Source: Antedon mediterranea (lineage: Eukaryota; Animalia; Echinodermata). From it: a stretch of 64,000 nt of DNA. Position 1 is the stretch's first letter, and each line of letters begins with the position of its first letter. Both the position numbers and the translations under genes were made by a program. The stretch spans positions 2,448,201 through 2,512,200 of the forward strand of contig NC_092679.1 of NCBI RefSeq assembly GCF_964355755.1. The letters are read 5' to 3'. The notes under the pieces are model-generated. The model was not told the DNA's origin, did no database searches, and worked only from the letters and a program-made list of their open reading frames with translations. This document shows, in pieces, positions 1 through 13,400 of the stretch.

Positions 1-174
1 TTATTTTTGTTGTATATGACGCGTACATTTAGTCTGGTGTTTCGCGCCATTTTTCTAAACCTCAAATTTTGTCTATACATTGCCTGTTGTATTCCAGACT
101 TGATTATTGTATAGACTATTTTATTTCATTCATTAAAAAACAGGCCTACTACTAAATATAAAATGATCACTTAC

Positions 175-253
175 GTTGTGCGGCAGAACGCTTGATAATA
201 TTTTCCAAGAATGTATTTTGTGGGGCCACTAAGCCCCTTCTCGATCCTGGCAT
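175..253 (-). CDS. eag: First coding exon of ether-a-go-go (EAG, KCNH1/KCNH5-like) voltage-gated K+ channel, PAS-cap N-terminus; gene continues off the left edge
   Basis: The minus strand from ATG at 253 translates [26 protein letters not shown], then a phase-1 GTAAGT donor (174-169). This matches the EAG-family N-terminus (Drosophila eag [23 protein letters not shown]). Too short for the ORF track. A possible acceptor (ctacAG) at 366-365 would put the 5'UTR part of the exon at 364-254. Confidence 0.93.
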
Positions 254-1499
254 GTTGATTGATTCGCATTAGTGTCCGTATAACATAGCAAACATTGTCA
301 TATTTGTCTCAGCCAAATGTCGCAAAAATAATTCCAAAATGATTTCGGCGTTTGCATCTTGTTTCTGTAGACGTATTCCAATTTAATAAATGTTTCAAAA
401 TAATATCTTTACGACGTCAGATTGGTATAAGAAAGAATGGCGCACGGGCACCATAGGTAAAGCACAGCAATGGTATAAACGTATTCAAACACTATACTAG
501 GCTTCCAATATAGAAATCGGTTTTCTATAGAAATATTACTAATAATTACCGTATTCATGGTAACGCGCCTGCTCACGCATGCGTGGTTGTTTTTTACCTG
601 ATTACAATCGATTGAGGACTCACTCACTATACCGTAACATGAAAATGATAACATTTTTTTTTGCTTGGCGTAAATTTAGTCGTTTCATGACCTAAAATAA
701 ATTATTATCAATGCTGCTAAATAATTTAATAATAATAATAATAATTAAAATCAATCATTTTTATGATTGTTATTATCATTATAAACATTGCTCATAGTCA
801 TAGTTTAGTCTTGGTATTATTAAGTTCGTTACGTCATAAAAGAGAGTAGGTGAAGATGAGATTGTCTCTGCTGTTTCTGTCAACAGTTTTCATGCCTTAT
901 TCAAATGTCAATGTGTAGTTAACATTTCATTATTCGTGTTATTTATTAATCCTATTGCTTTTATGATAAACGATGCTAATTATTTTAAAAAGTGCGCGTG
1001 TTTGAAAAAAAGTAGGCCTAGTAGATTTCCTCTGCAGGTGTTAATGCCGACTGTGCGATGTTGAAGCACATTGTTCGAAATCCGGTTAATACGTCTTCGC
1101 TTGTTGCGTTTGATAAAAACATATTTAATTGTCTTATAAAGTAGAATTCTCGGACGTAGGAAACGCTGCTGTTGAAATGTCATAATAAGTATCATATGAA
1201 TGTCAACTCGTTATCAATCAACATGATTAACAATTCATTGCAACGTCATTATCATAATTAAACTCTGGATGTATAGGCCTAATCTTTCAGTCTGCATACT
1301 AGGAATTATTTGTATACGTCACAATCAAATTATCATCATCATCATTAATATCATCATCTTATTAAATCCATATTCCGGCTGATACATATGTTATCACACG
1401 CATTAAGGCGATTGCTGTGGAGTAAACAAAATATAATTGGTCTCTAACTTTGACATCGTAGTGAGCGCTATACACATTTCTTTATTTATCAGTCTGTAA

Positions 1500-1649
1500 A
1501 GCTCTGTCTCTACTATTAAACTAGTTTGACAAAAAATGTGTGATGTGCCCAAATATGATGCTTAAATATGATAGTGATATGACATCATAATGTCCATATT
1601 TGTGCACATTGCATTTTGTTTTTCACATAAAGTTTGATAGTGTAAAGAG
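1500..1649. mobile_element. MITE family A copy (TIR AGCTCTGTCTACACTATCAAAC), degenerate
   Basis: Left end agctctgtctctactattaaactagtttgac, right end agtttgatagtgtaaaga, internal aaatatg(g/a)tagtgatatgacatc motif. Five other copies occur in the window. Confidence 0.8.
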
Positions 1650-4562
1650 ATCGGACCCAGAATATAGGACTTATGCATTTGAATAATAAAGAAATATTAC
1701 GCCCAACAGAATAAATATAAAATACATCTAGGTAATCAGACATTTTGGTAAACAGAACACTCGGTTCGTGCTCATCAGAAGAAGTAGTGCCAAGCGAAAT
1801 GTAAAACTAATATGACAAAGTTGTACCTATTGATTCGCTTTCTGTTCTAATAATAGTACTGTGATGTTTAAGTGCATCTTGTCTGTCAAACCAAACATTA
1901 GCTTCAAGTTGAATGATCAACGTTTAGTTTACAGTATAAAACATAATGTCTGTTTTAAATTGGTACTATTGATTATCTTATGTAGCTTTCTTGTGTTTGT
2001 ACTTTTCATGAACACTCCGTAAACATCTTAATTAACTCTAGGCAGCTTCTTCCATTAACAATCTTCAAAAATAACATTTACCATATTACTTACAAAGACC
2101 ATTGGTTACACAGCTTACACATGTTTTAACAATGTTTGATACAGGATCAAAGAATATCTGTTTGTAGGATCAGGGAGTTGGTAGGAATTGGATAGACCAT
2201 TATACAGACTCGTCTAAAAAATGTTATATATAGATGTAATGTAAATAGGAAATAAATCATCATAATATCTTTATGTTACGATGTAAATCGTAGTAGGCCA
2301 ACTCTATTATTTCACCCGGTCCCTAGTGGTTCCCAGTGCTGTATCGCCACTTACTATCTATTTCCAAAGTATCATAGGAATATTTAGTAATACAGTATCT
2401 CATTTGTAGCACACGTGGTGCCTGTATCATGTAAGTGTAATGGTTATATACTACTAGATACATTTGAAACGCATGTTATATTCCTATATGATACTGTACT
2501 TCGGAAATATATAGTACCGAAAATCGGCTGATTAGTTATAGCAGGTCGTATTATTATTATTTCTGTTGAAGGAGGCTCATTATTCCCAGCAATACGATGT
2601 AGGCCTATAACGAAATAAAAGCGCTCTTATTAAATTTCTTAACACTACAATTTGTAGGCTTCCAAAGCGATATATTATAAACCCACCTTTATGATGCAAA
2701 TTAGTTACGTCATAACATGTTTTTATGTCACGTGTCCTTCTTAGACTCTTTTTAGGCATGCATCCAGGTGTGTTGAATACCGATTACGTCGACGAAAGCA
2801 GAGTTAACTTGAGTAAGCACACCATACATTGTGGTCATTCGCTTGTAAGTAGGAAGCGGAGGAGGGCGTGAGCTGATAGAGTCGGCAGTCGGTAGGTACA
2901 TTATAAAGTGCAAATAAAGTGTTCACATAGTATAATTTCCTCAATATCTATCGGTTTATTAAAGTTTTCCCAATAGTATATATAGTATATATTTCTGTCT
3001 ATCTATCTGTTTAAAACTCATATAGGTAATAAACAGTTTAAAATTAAGAATACTGCACCACGTATCATGCGTTTACGATGCAGAGGCCCGCCGTGAAAAC
3101 ATAGCGTTGCAACTATTCTAGTATCTAGTATCTTGTTTTGAGAGCGATTTTTATCAAATTCCTTGACTGTTAAAACAGCCGATGTCGTAAGTATATTACT
3201 GCATACGGTGTTGGCAATGGCGGGCGATTTAAATTGCTTCTAAAACACGCGACACACAAAATCAAAATATTTGGAAAATACTTTTATCTAAATTGCATCA
3301 CGCGGTCATAATTATTGTTTGCCTAATTATATAAAGCAAAATTAATTTATTGGAAGATGTGCAACGCATCTAACGTACCCTACGCTGTGGGTATGTGGAC
3401 GATAGGCTTAGATTATTTGGTGAGACTGCGTGTTTAGAATAACACATTGTATAATTATCATGTGTGTATTATTAATATATTTTGAATATCATTTTATTGT
3501 ATATTAATAGTGCCATATGCCTACAAACAAATAAAGAATCCTAAAAAATTGCATTCTGTTCTAAATTTTTAAAATGTGTTCATTTTTTTTAGGTCATACA
3601 TAATGCCAATTTTCGAAGCCTTAAATTAATTTAGCCAAATTTCATTATGGCCCACTGGCGTAGCTTGACGTTCGCGCCTCGTTATCCTCTGCTTAACGAT
3701 GCTCAGAACTGGTATACGTGAAGACACATAGTAAGACCTAACAACCCTAACCATTAAAACTAGCATACGTGTATAAATGACCACAATTATTTATACATAA
3801 TTAAACAATACGTATGGTAGTTCCTAATGGTTTTTTTTATTTTCAGATGAACTAATACCGTACATAATTTAATATGCAAATTACAGGTGGATTGAGCTGA
3901 CTATCTTTTTTAGTTAAATTCCTACTTCCCAAAAACACAAAACGCCATATATGGTAATGATGTGTATAGTGTTGTATCATGCAGTCATTTAGATAATTAT
4001 TAACTGTTTACTATGTTTTTATACATACTACTTGCATAGCCATATACCTATATATATGCCATATGCTTGGTATACATTGTATTTTCTTTTATTATGTTTT
4101 ACTAACATATATAGCACTGATGATTTCAACTCCTGGAATAAATAATGGATTAATTACTACTATTATATTATCAAAGCTTTGTAGCCATGTTTGTTTTAGC
4201 ATTGCTTGGATTGTATTTGTAGACAATAGGTTTAAACACAAAACATCAACATTGTCATCATCACGCACAGGTACAGATTTGTTACAATTGTAAGGTATTT
4301 AAGGCTACTCGTCTGGTGGATGAGTTGGCAATCATAATTAGTTAAGACATACTTAACATCAGTCATAAGTAATAAACATTATTGTTATTTGTTGCATGAT
4401 ACAACACGCCGGTGTGCAATATCCCTATAATGTTGTACACTGGCTTCCCATAATTTGCATCTACAGGTGGACTGCAGGTAAGTAACTAACGCAGCAAGAC
4501 ATCGCCTTCAAGACTTAACTGAGTAAGTTCTAAGGTGTAACCCCGGGTAGTCCCTACCTCGT

Positions 4563-4594
4563 TTAGGCTAGGCTAGGCTAGGGTAGGCTAGGCT
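4563..4594. repeat. (CTAGG)n-type short tandem repeat
   Basis: ttaggctaggctaggctagggtaggctaggc; similar ctaggc runs at 10078-10097 and 10214-10243. Confidence 0.75.
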
Positions 4595-5896
4595 TGTGAA
4601 TTAGCTAACAAAAAACTCATGATTATTTTTTTTCTCTTCAACTGATTGTTAGTAGCCAATGCTTCTGACAACTTCAAGTTAAGAGAGTATTTTGTGTTTG
4701 TTTTTTTGGACAACTGTGTGACTTGACTGTTGTAATGGCGACTTCTGCGTACGCGTAAGCCGGCGCTTTTCTATCTTTCTCTTTCTATCAAATTAGTGGC
4801 TTCGCAGGTCAGCACGTCTTTGCATGACTGTCACTAATATAAAATAATATTTCTGTCGAATGTGGTTGTCCAATGCAGTTGTATAGGGCAGCTCTTTGAG
4901 TAACTGTGTTTGATTTAACATAGGTATTTAAAATATCAAAAAAGAAAATTGTATGATAAAGTTAAAATAACATCAAAACACTATGTTGTATAAGGTTTAT
5001 AAAGAAATCTTTATAGGGAGATTTCTTGTAGTCTTTTCAACATATAACAAAGATTGAATTAAAGTAGTTTTAATAAATTATAATAATCCAACTAAACTTT
5101 AATCATTTCATATTCACATACACATGCTTATCTTGTCATCGCGAGGACGAATAAGTCATTTAAATAACTTGAAAAAGTACTAAGTAGTAGTAACTAACTA
5201 AAAACTAACCAATATGTACTGTATTCGGGTCATTGTGGTGGACAGTATTAGAAAACACTGTAAACTTTACTTTTCAAGTTTAGGGTCATTTTGTAAACTA
5301 TCTGCCAAATGGCTTTGAATGCAGTATTTCTACAAATCTATAAACTAAATTCACAGGTCTCGTTATGGCCTAGATATTACCACATCTTTTTTAAATAGTG
5401 TACTTCTGTACCCTATAGCAATAACTTTTGAATAAAAAGTGGTAATTGGCAAGAATGGTTGGTTTCAGGTGTTGTTCCCACCTTAAGCCAGCTTGTAATT
5501 TTGAAACCTTCGTGTGACTCTCTGAGGAGAGTTGTACAAGTTTCTGGAACAATGTTGTTTTTGTTCTGTATTGTTGGTTGTCTTATAAGGTTTGTATGAT
5601 TCTGTTTCTGATTCTCATAAAGAAGTTGAATAAAAAAGTTTTCTTCCATTCTCATCAACTATGATTTCAACATCTCCATTTCCTTAATGGATCACAATGA
5701 ACAACTCCACAATACCATACCACTCCCCCTATACCATTTCAATCCCATCCCCAATACCATTTCCATCCCCTCCCAATACCATTCCACCTCCCCCCTCCCA
5801 ATTAAATCTCTAATCTGGCACCTCGGCCAAGATATATTCTATGTTTTATAGTTTCAGGAGTTATTCATGGTTTAAGGTGTGAATAGTAATCCACAA

Positions 5897-7133
5897 CTTG
5901 CTACCAGATGACCACCGACAACTTCTTACCAGGCGACCACCGACAACTTCTTACCAGGCGACCACCGACAACTTCTTACCAGGCGACCACCGACAACTTC
6001 TTACCAGGCGACCACCGACAACTTCTTACCAGGCGACCACCGACAACTTCTTACCAGACGACCACCGACAACTTCTTACCAGACGACCACCGACAACTTC
6101 TTACCAGACGACCACCGACAACTTCTTACCAGACGACCACCGACAACTTCTTACCAGACGACCACCGACAACTTCTTACCAGACGACCACCGACAACTTC
6201 TTACCAGACGACCGCCGACAACTTCTTACCAAACGACCGCCAACAACCAGATGACCAAACGACCGCCAACAACCAGATGACCAAACGACCGCCAACAACC
6301 AGATGACCAAACGACCGCCAACAACCAGATGACCAAACGACCGCCAACAACCAGATGACCAAACGACCGCCAACAACCAGATGACCAAACGACCGCCAAC
6401 AACCAGATGACCAAACGACCGCCAACAACCAGATGACCAAACGACCGCCAACAACCAGATGACCAAACGACCGCCAACAACCAGATGACCAAACGACCGC
6501 CAACAACCAGATGACCAAACGACCGCCAACAACCAGATGACCAAACGACCGCCAACAACCAGATGACCAAACGACCGCCAACAACCAGATGACCAAACGA
6601 CCGCCAACAACCAGATGACCAAACGACCGCCAACAACCAGATGACCAAACGACCGCCAACAACCAGATGACCAAACGACCGCCAACAACCAGATGACCAA
6701 ACGACCGCCAACAACCAGATGACCAAACGACCGCCAACAACCAGATGACCAAACGACCGCCAACAACCAGATGACCAAACGACCGCCAACAACCAGATGA
6801 CCAAACGACCGCCAACAACCAGATGGCCAAACGACCGCCAACAACCAGATGGCCAAACGACCGCCAACAACCAGATGGCCAAACGACCGCCAACAACCAG
6901 ATGGCCAAACGACCGCCAACAACCAGATGGCCAAACGACCGCCAACAACCAGATGACCAGACGACCGCCAACAACCAGATGACCAGACGACCGCCAACAA
7001 CCAGATGACCAGACGACCAAACGACCACCAACAACCAGATGACCACCGACAACTTCTTACCAAACGACCACCGACAACTTCTTACCAAACGACCACCGAC
7101 AACTTTTGTTTCTATCGGATGATCACCAACAAC
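5897..7133. repeat. Compound minisatellite: ~13 x 25-bp unit, ~30 x 26-bp unit, then ~3 x 25-bp unit
   Basis: Unit A gaccaccgacaacttcttaccag(g/a)c (25 bp) from ~5910 to 6235. Unit B gaccgccaacaaccagatgaccaaac (26 bp) from ~6236 to 7015. Unit A returns at ~7040-7105. This explains all ORFs listed between 5898 and 7088. Confidence 0.97.
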
Positions 7134-8398
7134 TTGTACAGTTGCTTAAATGTTGTCAAAGATAAGTACGATTGATAATAAAGTAGAAAACAAAACAAAT
7201 TCCAGTATTACAAAATTGTTTGGCAACTGATATGGCGGCAAAGTATTTTGGACATAAAAATTTAATTTTAAATTAATAAATGTGATCAGACTAATGTAAC
7301 ATTGAGGGTTTTCTTTATACTAATATGACAAAATGTAGCTACCGTTCATCTCATTAATGTTAGTGCGAATTGATGTTATGAAGTTATTCTTGGTATATTT
7401 GTGGCATAGTGAAAGTGTAGGCCTACGTGTGTGTTAGAGTTATGCATATTTCACATCATTTTAATATCATTGTGATGTGCTCACATTTTGTCCTTCAGTA
7501 TTTAGGATTCCATGGACTTTCAGAACTGAGCTGCTGATGATGACTGCTACAGATTTATATGTTACACTTAATATAACAAAAGAAGAGTAAAACCCTCAAT
7601 ATTACAGAGTCGAATTTAAATTACCAAATCAATTGAAGCATCATGAGATGTGCTTTCAATTCAATAATAAAATTGATTTGCCTAGAAAATAATGTCGCCA
7701 CTTAAAACCTTAAAAGGTTTATATTTACTTTCCTAGATGTACCTCAAATTGGATTAAGTTCAACAAGCTTCATCTAAGTATGTCGACACCTCATCTAATG
7801 ATGACCACCAACCAAGTACTTGCATCTGTGGGCCTTGCATTGGATTTGGCAGAAGACTACAGTAGCAACAAGAACCTAGGCTTCAGAACTGTCAAATATG
7901 TTAATATAGTACTGCACCTTCTGTGTAAAAATGATGCTCTCTTGATACTGTTTACACATGGTAATTTCTCCATCGTCATATGCTTTCATTATTTCTGGAA
8001 AAAGATTATGGTAGTTTAAAAAACATTGCATTTGCTACCACTAAAATGTTATTGTAACTATCATTTTATTTTCTCTAAAATCTTCAGTCGTGTTTGCAGA
8101 TAACCAACATTATGGACAACACAAAGCTGATTGAATGTTGATTTTGGTATGGTTTCTCTGTTGATAGACATCGATAGTATAGAAGCTACCAGAAGGATGT
8201 GATAGTGTTCTGCCACTGAACATGATGAACATGAACACAATGAAACCGAAAATATTATCACAAGTTGGCCATACAAATTAATTTAATGAAACAATATTCT
8301 TCCAGAAAACCAGAACTGATGTAATGCCAACAATCTTAACTGGTTTCATCTATGTATGTCGGCATTGACTTTACAAGATTATCATCAAGAATATTAGG

Positions 8399-8600
8399 GT
8401 CGACAGCGAGTTTTTCAGGTGACCATCAACACTATAGACGGATTTATCTTTGGAGTACGTCGACAGTGAGTTTTTCAGGTGACCATCAACAATAGACTGA
8501 TTTCATCTTTGGTGTACGTCGACAGTGAGTTTTTGAGGTGCCCAACAATGTTGAATCTCTGGTATGCAGTACACATTGACAGTTTTTCGATTGACCACAA
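8399..8600. repeat. Degenerate ~60-bp tandem repeat (3-4 copies)
   Basis: gtcgacag(c/t)gagttttt(c/g)aggtg recurs at 8399, 8459 and 8518, with a decayed copy near 8577. Confidence 0.8.
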
Positions 8601-9974
8601 ACAAACATTACTGTTTGTATTTATTTATATATTGGATTGCTAACCAATGTCTGTAATTGGTGGTTTAATAAGTGGTGTTAGAAAAACAAAAATAATACAC
8701 ATTTTTAAATTATATATTATGCCTCATCATACTATGAAATTAAACTAAATTTACAATTAATAGGAATGAATTAAAAAAAAATATTTGGGAGGGGAGGTTG
8801 AAGGACAATGTAGTACCAGTATGCAAAAAAATACACACAAAAAACCCAAAAACAATTGCATTATGTTACCTTCTTCAAATAATTTGAATAGACTGGTACA
8901 ACCGATTGAGGCTCTCTTCCTTCTTCTAATCATACCTTTTTACTGTGTCTATTTTTATTATTAATGCATATTTATTTCATTAATTCTTTCTCTCTCTCTC
9001 TCTCCATTCATTTAACCAAGTGTAAACAGTATCTTTTTTTTCAAACTAGGTGCGCTTAGAATTTAGTTTATGCGTAGAGTTAAGCTTTTTAGCTTAGTTA
9101 GGCCGTAATTAAGTAATGATACTGTTTACATCTATCATCTTACCCACCTTCATAAAATGTCTTTCTATCTATTTCTATATTTTAGTGAAAAGGTATGAGT
9201 CGCGAATAATTATTATCGATCGCTAAAAATTTAAATTCTAAAAAAATATTTTATTACATAATATAATGAGGCATAATGTATTTCTAAAATATTCTATGTT
9301 TCATGGGTAAATCAACTTATAACTTGTATAAATGCTAATTATTGATCAATACATTTTTCGTTGGATTGGTGTTAAATGCCATATACGTGTAAAAATAAAA
9401 TGTACATATATTGATTACATTTGTGATATACATAAAACATTCTATCAATTTGTATATTAAAGAAGATGTCTGCAGCTTATTCAAATAAAACTTCGAAACA
9501 TTCTCAACTTTATAATGAATGGGAACAAAATGTATACTGTACTAAAACATGTTCTGACTTAATTGTTTAAATGATTATACGTTGTAACCTATTATATATG
9601 CATTTATTATATTGACTTTGAATTAAATTAATTAGAAATATGTTATTTTCGGATTAACAGAGTATTGTAAATACCGTTGTATGTCTTTAAATATAACACT
9701 ACTTTCAATAAAAGTTATGGCCGAATTGGGCCCCGATTAAATTTACCACCATGACCATTATGCAAATTAGTACCGTACTGTATGATGAAAGATGCAACTA
9801 AATAATTATTTTGATTTGAATAAAGTATTGTATTGTTGAATGTACTGTTCGTTTTATCTATTCTAACTATATCTTGCTAGTATATTTAAACGGTACTGTG
9901 CATTATTAATTAATATTATTATTAACAGTATTTTGACATATATGGCGTGTCATATACTTAGCTAATTCAAAACG

Positions 9975-10340
9975 TCCGTTGGAGGCGCTGCATCAAAAAA
10001 CAAAACAAAACAAGAGCGCGAAAAAGCATGTTATTTTATACCGCCGGTGATAAAACGGTGCTAATTAATTAATGTTTCTAGGCCTAGGCCTAGGCCCAAT
10101 ATCAATCGTGACTACAAGTGTGTTGTATGCCGGAAATGGTAATAATAAAAATTCTATAATACGTTATTGTAACGAGGGAAACTAGTACGTCAGCTTGCCT
10201 ACAGACCGTCTGTAGGCTAGCTAGGCCTAGCCTAGCTAGGCTAAATAACCGATCAATTCGGACGAGATTCCTTCATCTCGCACCTCATTTCGGTCGTGAT
10301 TTAATGGGTTTCGGTCGCCTGCTCGCTCCAAGTGTACAGT
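9975..10340 (+). promoter_or_regulatory. Putative CDIN1 promoter / 5' region (CpG-richer island)
   Basis: Locally CpG-rich stretch 130-490 bp upstream of the CDIN1 ATG, with an ETS-like GCCGGAAATGG (~10129), a CRE-like TACGTCA (~10186) and ctaggc repeats. The TSS cannot be determined from sequence. Confidence 0.4.
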
Positions 10341-10465
10341 AAGCCTACAACATTAGATTTACCCTGATTAAATGTAAACAGGTTTATGAAATTGATAATG
10401 CTAATTCGGTATTTTATATAGGCCTAGTTAGTAGTTAATGCTCCTCTCTTCTTACTTGCTGTAAT

Positions 10466-13400
10466 ATGATTATGAAACAAGGCGAGTATGCCGCTATTGC
10501 GGACATGTTGAAGCAACCCAGAACATCCGAAGATGCAATCAATTCAACACTTAAAGCATTTCCAAAGTAAGTACAGTTAAAAATAAATAAATTTAGTGTA
10601 AAAAAAAGAAGCTGATGTCCCACTATAATAATAATAATGCCACCTCTTGCTTGCAACATATTTGAGTAGATGTAATTAATAGCTGTATGTTTTATGCATA
10701 CATCTCGATTATTGTACCTTTTCAATTCCCATTATTTTATAAAGTTTAAATTACAAGACGGCAGTGGCAATTTACTCACAGATTGTGCAGCGGAAAGTAA
10801 AAAGTTCTTTACACAAACACCAAAAAGCGGAAATGGTCAAGTGTTATTACGAAGAGTAAGTACTGTTTGCTGCCACCAGGAGGATGTACTGTATATGACC
10901 GATTATAATCCCGGGCCACATTTCAATAATAATCCCACCCCCTAATTTAGGCTTAAGCACAATACTTTTGTAATGATTTTTGCCACTTTTCTATCCAAAG
11001 CCTCTGGAGCTATATTCGGTCATATCAACAACAAAAACCCAAATATATGCAGCTACTAGCTATATCACACAGTGTGTGTTTGCTAGTTAAACAATGTCTC
11101 TCCTTACCCAAAATATCCACTACTCAAGTCACAAACAGACACAAATGTCTGTATTTATCAGCGTTATTGCATCAATTTTAAAGTAATAGTAATAGTATTA
11201 GTGTTTCTTTGCAGATACGTAGTGAATTCTAAAAAAGACCCATGTGGGCCAGTAATGCTGAATCTTGCAATGAAGGTAATTAAATCTTGGTATATAGATC
11301 TTGTCATGAATAAATGGTAATCTAACTTATTATTATTACTAATTATGTAAAATATGATAGCACACATGAAATGAAATAAGAATTGATCTGCTTCCCCCTA
11401 CAATTTACATCGGTTGCCATTCAAGTTGTGGAAAGCAGTTACATTATTAAATCTTCTTCTTCTGTCTGCTTTTCTTTATTAGGTTGATCTTCCACCAGCT
11501 CTATTTGCAAGGATGATACTTGAACAACATCTTATCAACTCAGACGACAATGAAGACGAAAATGGTAAACATTATTGTAATTTTTTACCTTTCCTCTTTG
11601 TTCCCTGTGGCAAACATTCTCTCCCTCTCTCACAGTTTAGTTGTACCCTCTTTAAATATTATTTGAAACACTTCTTAAGCTCTGTCTACACTATCGAACT
11701 AGTTTGACAAAAGTCTGATGTGCCTAAATATGGTAGTGATATGCTTAAATATGGTAGTGGTATGACATCATAATGTCCATATATGGGCTCATCACATATT
11801 GTTTGATAGTGTAGACAGAGCTTTAACACTGATAGTGTATGTCAAGAAATATTATGAATATTCACCACAAATATATATTTTGTGTGTACTGTGTATCATT
11901 AATTCTTTCTTCTATTTGTATACAGTAAGTAAGCTGCAAGTAAATCAATTACTTAAAGATACCCACCTTATACAAGACCCAGTCCTCTCATTCCAAGTTC
12001 AGCAGGTATTTGTGTTCATATTACAAATATGGATATTTGTATTTAATGTAGAACCCTATTAATAAAAGCAATATCAAGAAAGAAAGGGTTTACATACTGT
12101 ATTTACAAAGTTACAAACATTCTTTTATACATCCTTAAAAAAAAAATATTAAAAAACATAAAACAAACAAAAGAACAAAGGAAAGAAAATGCAACTAAAT
12201 GTCTATCAACTTCCATTTCTTTTAAAACATATCAAACAAATCATGTAAAAATTATTTAAAATTCATATTTGAGTAAAAAAACATAATTTCTGATATTTTA
12301 TAAATAAATATTTTTTTTTTTAGAGATATAATACAGTAAATCATAATGTATAAAAAGATGATTCAGTTATATACAAAATGAAAGAGGCAAAAAAACCCAA
12401 GAAAGTATCGATCAATTGGAAACAAAAATCCAATTGAAACTTGTACAGTATGTTGGGAAGCCATGTAAGAAGATTATATACTTATATATATATAAATGTA
12501 AACATATAACTACACATACACAAAAAGATCAACAGACAAAAGGAAGCAATTTCGAAAAAGTTTCTAAAGTTAAAAAAAATATATAGTATAATAAATATAA
12601 TACAAACTGAAATAATTAAGATAACATAATAATTTAATTTAATAATAATAATAATAATAATAATAAGATTTTTATAGCGCACATACCACTCCAGAGTGGT
12701 TAAAAAGTTTATATTATGAGAATGTCACATATCTAATAAAAATACGTTTTCAATATTATTCCATTGAATCGCAACAATTCAATTTACACAACATATACTT
12801 ACTTTCTTTAACAGTGTTACTGTAATATTCTTTAGTATTGTGACTAAAACTTAAATATCGGAATAATGTAACTTAGCGATTGATTGATAAGATATCATCG
12901 CCCAAAGACTCCAAATGCTGCTCAGGACCTTTATATTTGTTATCTATTTGATTTTATCTGGGTGAATAAATACTATTGATTTTTTATAACGCATTTATTT
13001 GATTTTTTTCTTTTTTCAGGCTGTATTGAATGACATGACTTATGGACCTATTGTTGAAAGTATTAAACAGTATCCTTTTATATTTTATAGTACAGTATAC
13101 AATATATTTGTAAACATGATTAAATTTAATTTAATTTATATATCCTTAACTTTTGCTAAAGTTCTGTTGGTAATGAGTATGAATTCTTGTTGAAGAGCCA
13201 TTTAAAGAAAAATAACATTTCATTTATACGTAAGTATCATCCACAATTTACACCCATAAAGCGTGGTTCCCACTAGAGAGTTGACCAATGACACAATGCA
13301 GCTGTTGTATGGAATATACATCTATTTTTTCTATTACTTTTTAGGTGAGGAAGAGATGAGAAGCAAAGGCTATGACAAAACACCAGATATAAAACTTCAA

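Noticed and set aside
5898-7088. Long ORFs (up to 295 aa) on both strands
   Set aside because: They are translations of the 25/26-bp minisatellite. All three minus frames give the same periodic peptide because 26 is not a multiple of 3, and there is no domain or splice context.
8866-8940. Possible minus-strand exon (MIRRRKRASIGCTSLFKLFEE with GTAACA donor)
   Set aside because: Poor acceptor, no homology recognised and no partner exons; could at most be a UTR exon.
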